Shown here in pieces: positions 29,173-42,758 of a stretch of DNA of 64,000 nt. The DNA is from the human T2T-CHM13v2.0 reference genome, Homo sapiens. Made by a program: the position numbers and the translations under genes. Under the pieces are notes generated by a model. It made no database searches. It saw nothing but the letters and a program-made list of their open reading frames with translations, and was not told where the DNA came from. Position 1 is the stretch's first letter. Every line of letters begins with the position of its first letter. The DNA is taken from NCBI RefSeq assembly GCF_009914755.1, contig NC_060930.1; one strand, 5' to 3'.

Positions 29173-29877
29173 TGCTTTTTTTTATTTTACTTTAAGTTCT
29201 GGGATACATGTGCTGAACGTGCTTTTATTACGTAGGTGTGCATGTGCCATGGTGGTTTGCTGCACCTATCAACCCATCATCTAGGTTTTAAGCTCTGTAT
29301 TTGTCCTAATGCTCTCACTCCCCTTTCCCCACCCCCATCCCCTGACAGGCCCTGGTGTGTGATGTTCCCCTCCCTGTGTCCATGTGTTCTCATTGTTCAA
29401 CTCCCACTTATGAATGAGAACATGCGGTGTTTGGTTTTCTGTTCCTGTATTAGTTTGCTGAGGATGATGGTTTCCAGCTTCATCCATGTCCCTGCAAAGG
29501 ACATGAACTCATCCTTTTTTATGGCTGCATAGTATTCCATGGTGTATATGTGCCACATTTTCTTTATCCAGCCTATCATTGATGGGCATTTGGGTTGGTT
29601 CCAAGTCTTTGCTATTGTAAATAGTGCTGCAATAAACGTATGTGTGCATGTGTCTTTATAGTAGAATGATTTATAATCCACTGGGTATATACCCAGTAAT
29701 GGAATTGCTGGGTCAAATGGTATTTCTGGTTCTAGATCCCTGAGGAATCATCACACTGTCTTCCACAATGGTTGAACTAATTTACACTCCCACCAATAGT
29801 GTAAAAGCATTCCTATTTCTCCACATCCTCGCCAGCATCTGTTGTTTCCAGACTTTTTAATGATCGCCATTCTAACT
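29173..29877 (-). mobile_element. 5'-truncated L1PA (L1PA7/8-like)
   Basis: ORF2 C-terminus KDTCTHTFIAALFTIAKTWNQPKCPSMIGWIKKMWHIYTMEYYAAIKKDEFMSFAGTWMKLETIILSKL; possible TSD gacattttta. Confidence 0.93.
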
Positions 29878-30084
29878 GACATTTTTAAAAATAGTCTCTG
29901 ATTTATAAAAAGAGAATTTTCTTTTACCTCAGCAAAATCAGTATAGATAGAAAATTAGGTTAATATTTCTGTGACCTACATTATGTTTTATCCAAGATGA
30001 TTAAATTATAATGTGCCTGACCACTATTAGTTGAAAGTCATGATTAGGGTAGTAAAAGCTTCCTTTGTCCCTGTGTCAAAGGAC

Positions 30085-30240
30085 ATCACATTTCCTAATT
30101 TCTCTTGCAGTTGTGTGTGCCTTGTGGCTCAATTCTAGAATATGAGTGGAAGTGACTTGCATCACTTTCAGGCCTGGGCCACAAAACCTCCCATACGTAT
30201 CCTCCCTCCCCCAGTGTTCTTTTTCCTTGTGCTAGAAAAA
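30085..30240 (+). mobile_element. Old MaLR/ERVL LTR fragment (MLT1I/J-like)
   Basis: catttcc...ttgcagttg...gaagtgacttgcatcactttcaggcctgg...aaacctccca. Confidence 0.5.
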
Positions 30241-31249
30241 TACCAAGGCAGGGGCTGCTGAGTTCAGGATACTGAAGGACTTGAAGGGATGCATTAGAGG
30301 TTCTCTAGGAGGAATTGGAACCATAATATGACCACACTAAGGTATGAGTAGAAATTTTCAGAGGCATGAAAATAAAGAAGAGTTGTGGAAATTCTGAGAG
30401 TCTCCTCTTGTGAAAGTGGTTTGTGATTTAAAAACTAGAAATTAATCAGTTTGGACTCATGACAGCATGCACACATTATGATAAGTCTTTTATTGTGCAG
30501 TATTGTGTAGTATGCCAAATTTACTAATACAGCAAGAGTTTAAATTTGCACACTATAACCCAGATGTAAAAAAAAATGCACTTTTAAAATCTAAAAAGGA
30601 TGTCATCCTGTTTCAAATTTCAATTTTTACTCAGTAGATAAAACAATCTTTCAAATACTTTCAAGGTAGCTTAGTTCTTTTAAGTTCAACAATCTCTTCT
30701 GGGTATTTGTAATTCAGATACTGTATTACATAAACTCATTGAGTTTTTAATTATTCCTGTTTTCATTCTTCCTGCTTCCCTCTCAAGGAAATCTATGGTC
30801 TCAGGAGTTTAAGCTATGCTTCCCTACAATCAAGCTTCATTCAATTAGTCACTGAGAAATTATCTGCCCCTATCTGCTGAGATGTGCTTGGTCCCACCTG
30901 GTTCATTTGATCTTTGTGCTAGCATCAGCTGCTAAAGTCTACTGCCCCTCCATGGCACCAAGACACACTCTTCTACAGCCTTCTCAGACAATCTGGCTCC
31001 TTTAATCACTTGTATGTCAGGCAGCAGGGCACAGGGACCTTCTAGGTTACCTACACACAATGCCCAGGCTAATAAATATATACATATATATACACACACA
31101 TACATATTCTGCCATATATATATTTATATGTATATATATACTGCCATATATATATACACACACACACATATACTCTGCCTTAACAATATTTTCCTAACCT
31201 ACAATCCTCTCCAACCATATGGACCTTCTGATTTTTCTTGAAGACACCT

Positions 31250-31562
31250 GTCTTAGGGACTTTGCACATGCTTAGAGTTCACACTCTCACTTTAGTCAGG
31301 TTTCCGCTCAAATGTTAGTCCATCGGAGAACCACTTCCTGACCACACCTCATAAAATACAGCATTCCTTCACTCTCTACCTTGTCTCCTTTACCTTTCTT
31401 TATCTATCGTTACCTAACGTGGTAACTATTGATGTATCTGCATGCCACTTTACATGCTAGCATGTAAGCTCCATGAAGGCAGAAACATGATCTGTCTTTT
31501 CTTCTGAATTTCTAGTACCTAGGAAATTATAGGCACACACAAAATATTTGTTGAATACATGA
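31250..31562 (+). mobile_element. LINE-2 3' end
   Basis: tgtaagctccatgaaggcagaaac...aaatatttgttgaat. Confidence 0.6.
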
Positions 31563-31653
31563 ACTAGAGTACATCTTCCTGTATATACTATATATCATAT
31601 ACACATATAGTCAAAGACTTCAAGAGCAATAAAATATATGGAAATAGTTGTAA

Positions 31654-31974
<321 letters not shown>

Positions 31975-34059
31975 TCCATTACTTTTTAAACTATAAAGTT
32001 TAGAATTATTAATAATGATAATAGTATGCATTATAACTTGGGACTAACAGTACTTTCTCAGTCTTCAGAAGTGTTTTGTGAGGATAAAATAAGATAATAC
32101 ACATGAAGTTGTTCTGTAAGTTGTAAAGATTTTGATTAAGGGAAGATCCTGCATAAATGTAAAGTTATTTGGGCTAAGGACATATGGTAAATGTGAATTA
32201 TTAAGATAATTAAAAGCTAATAAAGATATAAATTAAACTGAGTTGATAGGTCTCTGTGTAGTCCATATTATCTACCTGTTGGATTATCTTTCATTTTACT
32301 TTAATTATTAAGATATAAGCTTCATTAACATCTCCTTCCCTCCAAGTTTCTTCTGTTTCTTAATATGTCAGATAAACTTTTGAATTATTTCCTGGGTTAT
32401 ATATTCTCCAAACTACTTCTTTAAAATATGTTTCATATATAAAAGCAAGCCAGAAACAAATTTTGCTAAATATTATGAACTCCAAATTTAATTAAATTAT
32501 ACTGGAGAAGATAAGAAATCTCTTCAGATTATATGTAGGAGAAAAAAACCCACCTTTACAATTAATGACAAAGTAATGCTCAAAATATTAGTAATGATAT
32601 TGACCTATAGCACACTGAAAAATGTAATAGATGAAAATATCAGATATTACAATACATTAGAGTGACAAAACACCTTACTTTGCTTCATATGTGGCTACCC
32701 AGGGAAGAAGCTATCCCTAAAGCTTGAATAACTTTTCTAAAATTTTCTGCAGTGTCACATCACCTTCACACTTCTTATTTTACATTAGATAAATATTTTT
32801 CTTTCTCCAGTTTTTCTATCTTTGAACACACTGGCCTCTTCCAAGAATACTTAACTAACAGCTGTAAAGTTCATTATAGTAACATTTATGGCTATGAATT
32901 CGAGCCCATAAAGCCAAGAAGCTTAAAAGTAGACTGTTATTCCGTAGAGATACAGGATTGTTCCTACAAAAAGGCGGATGAGTAGCACAGTCTCACAGGC
33001 AGATAATTTACGCAATGATCTGAGAAATTAACAGTGAATTTTTTTAGTATTACTTTTATAACAAATACCTAGTATTCCAGCTAGAGGCAATTAGACTAAT
33101 CAACAATGGGCTTAGCAAAATGCCAATTAGTGTGATAAAACGCACTTGGTGGAAAAGCACACTTCCCACCACTTCTCCAGAACCTCTTCCTCCAAGCCAA
33201 ACAGCAAACCTTGATTTCATGTATTTGGATCTAACATTATTCACCAAATGATTGATTTACTTTTTTATGTATATTTTCTCTTTATGAAGTTAATAGATGT
33301 CTATTTTACAAAATGTAAACAATACAAAAAGTATCTAGGAAAAAACAACAACCACCTACCAAAGCATCACTATTCGAAGACATTCACCAACATTTTGGTA
33401 CACATTCTTCCAGAATTCTATGTGTACAAATAATTATAGACGTATATCATTTCACATAAACAATTTTATTTTATACATGTTATTTTTATTCTGCTTTTTC
33501 AATTCAATATGTTATATGTGTATGAATACGGATATACATCATACTAAGAGTTAGATAGTACTCCATTATATAAACCAGCAGGGGTGAAAAATTCATATGC
33601 CTACATTACTTAGAAAGGCAAGTACCCCATTATTACATTTTTTTTCAATAATTTTCTTGAGTCTTATATTTTTTTCTTTCAAATAAACTATGGAAACATT
33701 TTATCAAATGGAAACATTAGCATTTTGATGGAATTATGTTGAATTATAGACTAATTTAGGAAGCGTTCATATCATAGAGGCTTTCCATCCAAGCACAAGA
33801 TATATCTTCCCATTTATTAAGTCATCCTTTACACACTTCCATATAATATTTTTTGGTAAATTATCCTAAGGGATTTTATTGTCATTGTTTTGTTTTACTT
33901 TGTTTTATAATTTTGTTGTTGCTATTGTAAAAAGTGATACTTTTCCTGTTACATTTCCCAAGATAGTATAGATATAGATGTAGATATTATATATGAGCTA
34001 GACCGTATGCATTTGTCCCTTGCTAACCATCTTACAGAACTCTCTTGTTCCAACAGTAC

Positions 34060-34300
34060 AGCACTGATGTGAAGACATTGTTCTGAGTCAGACAAGAAAC
34101 CATGGGCTTGAGATTGGCTCTGACAGAATGCCTTGTGTTCTCCGTGAAGCCTCAAGTATATATTCAAGTTCCAATTCTCTTAGCTATAAAATTATGATTT
34201 TAATGGAATCTACCTCATAAGGATATTAGGAGGATTAAATTTGATAAAATATGCAGTGTAATTTTCACAGTGATTTTAAGTGCTCGATAAATGTTAGTAT
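34060..34300 (+). mobile_element. MIR SINE within old antisense L1M sequence
   Basis: gagtcagac...tacctcataaggatattaggaggattaaat...gtgctcgataaatgttag. Confidence 0.55.
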
Positions 34301-35970
34301 AATAAGTAGTGATTCTAATAATTTTTTATGATTCTTATGGAATATAGTCACAAAATGAAACCTGGTATATCATTTGCAATTTATAATCTGCTATTTTTGT
34401 TTAAATACATTTGAGTAATATTAACTGATAGTAGTGAAAATGAGCATTTTAACTTGTTCCTGATAGTATTGGAACAGCTTCAAGTTTTTCACCATCATAC
34501 ACAGTGCTGCTGATTGTTTTAAGATTTATATTTTTAAAATCATATAAATAATGTATATATACTTTCACAAATTTTTTTTCTTTGTCGGGAATGTATATTT
34601 ATTTTATAATCCTTTAATATCTATTAACTTGATCATTTTTTCCTCCTCCAGATTATAATTATGGCAAATTAGTATTGTTATATGTTTTGATTTGCTTAAT
34701 ATTTCACATTTTGAAATAAATAGTAGTAAATACCGATAATTGCAATTAGTCTGTGGTTTTATTTTTCTGTGCTGTGTTACAAATGTTGTATTTGTAAAAA
34801 AAAAAAAAATACATACATTTGACAAATTTTGTAGGGGGTGGCTCTGGAACAGTTGAAACCATATAGAAATGTTTCATGCTTCTAGGTTTTCCTGTTAAAA
34901 CTATCCAGACCTGGCACTAGTTTCTGTGATGATTATTTAACAAAATTTCTAGTTTCTTCCATGGTTCTTTATTTAGATTTTATATTTCTACTCTAGTAAA
35001 CTTAGTTTTACCTGTGTTGTCTGTATTTTCCTAGAAGAGTGTCCATTTCTTCTAAATTTTCAAGTTTGTTAGCATGAAATTTTACTTACTATTCTTTAAT
35101 TATCTTAATTTCCTCTTTATCAGTGATTGCTTCTCTTTTCTCATCTCTAATTTGCTTAGTGTTTTTTTCTTCCCCATCCTATCTGTCTTTACATACAGAG
35201 CATTGAACCACCTAATGAACAAAGACTTCAACAAATGCAACTTTTTCAAGTGCCAATGCTCTAAAAAAGCCAACAGCCAACACATGACATTAGACTTCAA
35301 TAAAAATACTTCTATGTAGTACTAAATTCAGGACCACTTTTTCAAAGAACAGGCTTCAAAGTTGAAGGGCTCTGATTCAAGTTCTTGGCTCTGGCAGTTA
35401 TTGTTATATAACACAGGGTAAGTTAAGTAACCTCTCTAAGCCTCAATTTTCTTTTTTTTATAAGTTTAGGATAGCAATATACTTATCTAATACAGCTGCT
35501 GTTCGATTTAACCTAAAAAATTCATAAAAGGTGATTAGCACATTGCCTGAACATAACAGGCAGGGAATGAATTTTAACTTCTATTTTTATAATAACTGTG
35601 ATTATTTTTTCTTCTGATGATAACTAACTTGCCACAGTGGTAGGAGTGGAGAGGACTTTTCTTCCCAAATGCCAATTTTTTAACTAAAAGAATCAAGTGT
35701 GAACCATAATAACATGGTAGAAAATTACAAAAGCTCCTTTATGAGAGAACTGCTATGTAACCTCATACCTATGTGGCTCTGAGTAAGTTACTTATACCTG
35801 ATGAATTTAATTCCTTATATGTAAAATAATGGAGCTAATATAAGAGGTTCAAAATTCTGGAAATATAGTAGATTCTCAAGAAAGGTTAATTTCCTTCTTT
35901 TAGGTGCACCATATGAATGAAAACACTCTCATCCTTAAAGAATTGGAGACGGGGGCCGGGCGCAGACCGG

Positions 35971-36358
<388 letters not shown>

Positions 36359-36899
36359 CTAGTTCAATCCAGTCACAAGAACATTTGATAAAACCAAGTT
36401 TCTGATGCTAGGAAGGAAGTCTGCAGTGGCAAGACACCAAGGCTCACACTGCAAATGTCAAAAGGCACTCACTCCATTTCAGCCTGGACCTGCTAGAAGC
36501 ATCTTTACATCAGACCTCTACTAACATCCTTGGTCACTGTCACACTCTCACCTCTCTGACCATGTTTCATCTTCTGGTACTATCATGTCTACACTGCTAT
36601 GCTACTTCAAAAATCCATTTTCCCACTGTTACCTTCACAATCAATGATTTCTGTTGACCTGAGATCTTCATTCTATTTATTTAAACCAAGCTCACCTTCA
36701 TTCACCTTTCCCTGCATGCTCTCTGCACCTGCATTCTTTAAGTAAAACCTGGCTCTCCTCAGAGATCAACTTTCTGCCACAGCCTTCTCAGTTGGTGACC
36801 TCTCTTCGGCACCCTAGTTCTTTGCCCCTTCATGTTCATGTACAAAATTGCTCTTCTGAATTTTATGGCTGTTATCCTGACTTGACTATGTTCGTTCCC

Positions 36900-37980
36900 A
36901 CATTCACTGAATATCTTGACAGAAGCGCACAGTATCCCTCCTCATCTGCCAAATGGAAAGTGTAGCCACACTGTAGATGTAGACGCTCCAAAGCCCTTTG
37001 TCTTCAGCTTGTTATCATCTCACTCCACACCATTTACCTGCATGCTACATGTAATCCCATGTCTCCAACTATCATCTATATCCTCATGGTCCCTTAATCT
37101 ATTTCTATATTCCACATAGTTTGGGCTCCAGACTCTATAGATATATTCTACAGGCAGCTCACATTCAAAGCCTGAGATATGAATTTAAGCCATCTCCATA
37201 CCTTTATCCACTTATCTCAGTGACTGGGTTTACTACCTGTAGTTTCCCCAGTCTAATCAGCAAATGTCATCCTGATGGATTCCCTCTTTCTTCACTTTCC
37301 AAATCTAAGCAGCCACCAAGTTCTGAGAACTGCACTTCTCAATTCTATCCACGTCACTCACCCCACTGACACTGCCTTAGCCTAGGCTTCAATTTCTCAT
37401 AAACATTGCTAAAATGTCCTTTCAACTAGCCTCCTTACTTCCAATCTTAGATCCTTCAAATCTATTCCCCACAGTGCTAGGAAGATGCAATCTAGAACTC
37501 AAATCAAGTGATGCCATTTTTCTGCCTTAAATTTTAATGACTCTTCAAAGTTTCTGAAAAAAGTTCAAGCTCCTTAGCATGGACTAAAAAGGCCTTTACT
37601 AACTGGCCCTCCTTCATATCTCACCAGACTCATTCACTTCATTGATCTGTTTATGTCTTCCCAATATGTCAAGCGCCTCACCTCTAGATTATTCAACATG
37701 CTAACATTGGTCTAGACCATGTCTTCCAACTCCTCCATCCCTTAACAGTCTATCTCTCCCACCCAAATCTGGCCAATTCATCTTTCAGTCTGCAGGATAA
37801 ATCAGTTTTTATCCTTCTCAGGAAGCTTTGCCCAAGGCTCTCCACATGCTCATCTAGAATGTTGCCCCAGTTTGGGTTAAATGCCTCTCATGATAGCTCA
37901 CCTAAAACTCTGTGCCACATCCTGGGATGGCAGTAACCAGGCTCTATTGAAATCGATTGTTTACTTAACTGTGCCACAAA
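36900..37980 (+). mobile_element. LINE-2 fragment (degenerate)
   Basis: Pyrimidine-rich L2-like sequence (caaatctattccccacagtgc; aagttcaagctccttagcatgg); boundaries approximate. Confidence 0.5.
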
Positions 37981-38630
37981 CTCAGTCCCCTCAGTCAGCC
38001 TAAACTGTCAGTTGATTGAAGTTAGAAGCTTTGGCTTTACTCATGTCTAAAATCCTAGTGTAATGCTTTAAATTGGGTACATAAACATTTGACAAATAAA
38101 AGGAAAAAGAGAAGAAAATGGGAGGACGAGGGAAGGAAGGAGGAGGGGCAAAGGAGGGAAGGAAGCTGGCTCTCTGGAGCAACTGAGGTATGGAGATAAT
38201 CCCCATAGTTCCTACAAACATATCATACTTATACAGGTCTTGATTAAAATTATCAGGAAAGATCAGGCACACCATAAATATTTATGATAGAACAAAAAAA
38301 TCTAGCAGGATTTTTTGGTAGGTTTTTAAATTTGATACATTTTTGATAAATTACCAGGATGGTTAATTATAGGTGGGAACTTTATCTGGTAAGCAAGGCT
38401 GGCTGTCACTTTTCCCATATGATAAATGGTTCAATATATGATAAATATGACTCCAATATGATTTCTTATGTATATCATAGTATTCAGACTTAATTCTTAC
38501 AACCATACAAGGCAGACACACTATATTTATACCCATTTTATAGAGGAGAAACCTGAGGCAAGATAAGATGACATAACCTGCCCAAGATCACACTGACAGG
38601 ACAAGAGTTTGAACCTAGATAGTCTGATTC

Positions 38631-38930
38631 TTTTTTTTTTTCTGAGACATGATCTCACTCTGTCACCCAGGCTGAAGTGCAGTAGTGCTGTCACAACTCA
38701 CTAGAGTCTCAACCTCCCATGCTCAAGCAATCCTCCCATTTTAGCCTCCTAAGTAGCTGGTGAGATCAACAGGCATATGCCGCCACAGCCAGTTAATTTT
38801 TTGGATTTATAGTAGAGATAGTGTCTCACTATGCTGCCCAGATTGGTCTCAAACCCTTCGGCCCAAGATATCCTCCCACCTCGATGTCCCAAAGTGCTGG
38901 GAATACAGGCATGAGCCACCATGCCCAGCC
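38631..38930 (-). mobile_element. Alu (AluJ-like) inserted in a MIR
   Basis: Reverse dimer; degenerate TSD agtctgattct/agcctgatgct; MIR core (cccattttatagaggagaaacctgaggc) upstream. Confidence 0.9.
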
Positions 38931-40631
38931 AACAGCCTGATGCTTCAGCTCATACTCCTATTATGCAACACTGCCTATATGTCTCTTTTTAAATTACATT
39001 CATCCATGTTGCATCACTTTCCGTTACTGAATTTAGCAACTCTTCGTAGAAGAAACAAAAAATGACATACACACACACAATCAGCTTACAATTCAGAGGG
39101 TGGTATAGGCATTTTTAATGTTTAGAGCAGCTAGGAGTTAAGATAAGGAGTGTCCAAGAATTATGGCCGAAGTATTCAACTGAGAGTTGGGGTTGGGCCT
39201 CTTACTTTCCTACCAGGTAACATCCTAAATATGTATTATTATTTAGAGCTACTCAAGAGCTGGACTCAAATGAATGCTTCCCTCCTTGCTCTTCCCTGGT
39301 TATGAGCCAAGGCATAAGACATCATTACTCTTAGAAAGCCAACAATCATAGACAGTTTTTTCTAACAGCTACTCCAGCTTCTAAGATTCTACATTAATTT
39401 TACTTTAGTTTGTCTCTTTCTGTGTTGCTACAGATGATCAAGAGGTACTATTTCAAAGAAATGGCACTTGACCAATTCTTTCCCTCTGAATACAAGAAGG
39501 CTCATCCAATTTTTCTAGACCCATATTTAATAGCTGATTAAATGGAAGATGATCCATTTTTATAGCTGATTTGTAAAATCTGTATTGCATTAATAAGTTG
39601 CCTTTAAATAGTCTTTCTATAGTTAATGGAAGATACTGTATTCCTCAAACATTTGCTGATGTGCTACAGATTTTGGAGATCATAAAGCACTTACAGTTTC
39701 CCAGAATCTTCTTACTCAACCCAGTGGCTCAGTCAGTATAAACTCTACCAACTCCCTGACCCCCTAAAAATTCTAGTAGCATCATACATAGTTTACTGCA
39801 TAGAAAAATTATTTGGGAAAACATTGAAAAGCTGAAAACAGATATTTAAAAATAAACACACAGTTAAGTAAACATTAAACATACGAACAGATTAACAACA
39901 AAATCAATTTTAACTTTAAATGTCATATGGTAAGCATTAAATAATTTTGTTAGCCTTCTTTTCAGTACACTATTTTTCTTTTTTCTAAATTACCCTTTGG
40001 TTTTCCGAAGATTTGGACTTCTTTCCCTCCTTGTATATGTACTCTTATAAGGAGCCTGTGGAGACTCATAAAAACGTTTTCTTATATCCCAGATGGCTCT
40101 CTTCTTTTGATTTTCATTTTTTTTAGAGGCAGTACTACTTAATAGCTGATGGTTAGCAGCTCTTCTACTGAGTGGGCTGTTTTTGGTGCTTAGCAGGGAA
40201 TGCAACTCTCCACGGAACCATGCTTAAAGAAAAACACAATAGCTACCTATTCATATTATAGAAGCCAACTCCCTATTAGCAAAAGTTGGAAGAGTTCTTT
40301 TTAATGAACATCCACAAAACGTTTAAATTGAGTACACATACAGCTATATACACACACATACTTTAATTCATGACATTGATTAGGTTTGTCAATACTTTTT
40401 TATACATGGAAAATTTAAGAAATAAATTTTAAACTGTGAATTAAAACGGGACCAGATTTTAGAAAAAAAAAAACAAAAACAAAAAAACCCGGTATTTCCA
40501 AGCACCTGAATCCAGGCCTGGGCAACCACAGTTTCAATGGTCCAAATCCCCTTTAACATAGCAACAGGACAGGTCTGGTTGACAAGATTCCTATCCCAGG
40601 ACACATCACACAGCCAGTCTCATTAACCTGT

Positions 40632-42300
40632 GTGTGTATTTTTTTTTACTTTATTAAAATTACGAGTTTATTTCATATGTGCATTTCCGTGTCCCACCAT
40701 TTCCATGTCTGACCTCTATTACTGCCCTATCCTAATATTCCACACAAACTTAAAACCAAAGGATGGAGTTCCATCTTTAAAAACTAAACAGGCATTTTGG
40801 ACAACATATTCTTAGCAGCAGAACCTGGACAACATTTAACAAACATGGTGGGGAATGTTCTTATTTTGCATTACAAAAAGGACAGCCAGATATCAACTGT
40901 TACAAAAATGAAATAAGAGAGAAAATTTTTAACAGCCCATCAATGATAGATGGGATAAAGAAAATGTGGTTCATGTACATAATGGAATACTATGCACCCA
41001 TAAAAAACAAGAGTATGTCCTTTGCAGGGACATAGATGGAGCTGGGGACCATTATCCCTAGCAAACTAATGCAGGAACAGAAAACCAAATACCGCATATT
41101 CTCACTTATAAGGGGGAGCTAAATGATGAGAACACATGGACACATGGAGGGGAACATACACTGGGGCCTATTGGAATGGAAGGTGAGAGGAGGGAGAGGA
41201 TCAAGAGAAATAATTAATGGGTACTAGACTTAATACCTGGTGGCGAAATAATCTGTACAACAAATCCCCATGACACCAATTTACCAATGTAACAAAACTG
41301 CACATCCTGTACATGTACCCCTAAACTTAAAGAAAAGTTTTTAGAAAACTGTTTAAACTGCTTTCTTAAAGAGACTTCCTCCACTGCCAGAGATCTTGAA
41401 TAGTCTTCTGATCAGTCACCTGGAAGCAATTTTTCACATAATTGATGAACTTGGCTTCCACTTTGGGAAGAAAATCATCTTTTCCTATTCTTGCTTGCAT
41501 TTTTGCTTTAATATCTTCTACAGAACTAGGTCTTTCTGGTGTTTTACAAGTTTTTTCCTCGTTTTTTGAATGATTCTTGACCTTTTGATCTTAGCTTTGA
41601 TGGTTTTGAGTCCTTCCATTCTGATTTGACTTTTGTGCATTTTTGGCTGGAATATCTTCTACAGATTTCTTCACTGAATCTTTTTCTTCAGTTTCCTCAT
41701 CATCAAAATCATCATCTTCATTATCATCATCATCATCTTCAGCAGCATCAAGTTTTACTTTTTTCTGTGGAAGGCTGCTACCACCTCCAGGGGAAGATTG
41801 CTTTCCAGATATAGTTAGGAGTTTTACATTGTCCTCCACTTCCTGATTCTGCATCTTCCTCCTCAGCTACTAATATGCACGGGCCCTGAACCACACTTCA
41901 ACTGTAAGACCATGGGTGGTGTTATTTCAAAGCCCCCAAGGGAAACTGTTGGCTGTACAGGCATTTTCAAAGTTGCCAGTGTTACTTAATTCGACTGCCT
42001 TCATAACTCTCTGCCTCTACTTCAACAATGCACAATTCATCTTTTCCACAGGGCCCTAAACTTACCATTCTTAAAGATAACTGGTAATCATTTTCACCAT
42101 TATCCACCTTAAAGTGATCATCTTTGCCGGCCTTTAGTTCACAACCAAAAAGATAATTCTGAGGCCTCAGGGGGCTCATTGCCATGTCCATTGAATCTTC
42201 CATGGGGTGGTGGCACTCACTTAGGTGGGAGAGAAGGTGGACAGAGATAAACAACTACTGCTCCAGAGAACAGCTCCTCAGGACAGAATCACACCAGGGC
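40632..42300 (-). pseudogene. NPM1: Processed pseudogene of nucleophosmin (NPM1, B23.1-type isoform); locus number not determinable
   Basis: Intronless. 5' UTR ccctggtgtgatt; ATG at 42203 ([25 protein letters not shown]); acidic tracts; C-terminal [13 protein letters not shown] at 41366; NPM1-like 3' UTR with AATAAA and A-tail; TSD TTAACCTGT (40623-40631, 42301-42309); frameshift and stop at ~41982. Confidence 0.97.
40935..41345 (+). mobile_element. L1PA 3' fragment (L1PA13-16-like) inside the NPM1 pseudogene 3' UTR
   Basis: gcccatcaatgataga...ataatctgtacaacaaatccccatgacac...gtacccctaaacttaaa; NPM1 3' UTR resumes on both sides. Confidence 0.92.
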
Positions 42301-42365
42301 TTAACCTGTTTTTTTCAATAAGCTACCCACTAATCATCTGTAGATGGCAATATAGTTAAGCTGTC

Positions 42366-42758
42366 TGTTATGGTTATGGACTGAGCTGTATCCCTCCAAA
42401 ATTCATATGCTAAGGTCCTAACCCCAGAACATCAGAACGTTACCGCTTTTGGAGCTAGAATCTTTAAAAAGGTAATTTAGGTAAAATGATGTCATATGAG
42501 TGGGTCCTAATCTGATTGGTGTCCCTGTAGGAAGATGTTAGGACACAAATACCAAACATGCACAGAGGGAAGACCATGTGAAGCTATAGGGAAAAAGGCC
42601 ATCTATAAGCTAAGGAGAGAGGCCTCAGAAGACATCAAAAGTATTAACACCTTGATCTCACACTTATAGCCTCCAAAACTATGAAAAAAATAAATTTCTG
42701 TTGTTTAAGGCACCCAATCTATTGTATTTTCTTATGGCAGCCCTGGCGAAATAATACA
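42366..42758 (+). mobile_element. MaLR solo LTR (MLT1A/B-like)
   Basis: tgttatgg...ccaaaattcatatgctaaggtcctaacccc...aataaatttctgttgtttaag...ggcagccct...taataca. Confidence 0.85.

Noticed and set aside
29397-29681. 94-aa ORF matching the L1 ORF2p C-terminus
   Set aside because: Part of a 0.7-kb 5'-truncated L1; not autonomous
32752-32985. 77-aa ORF with a few CpGs
   Set aside because: No recognisable homology, non-ATG start, no donor site
41591-42254. NPM1-like ORFs as a functional gene
   Set aside because: Intronless, frameshifted, premature stop, poly(A) and TSD: a processed pseudogene
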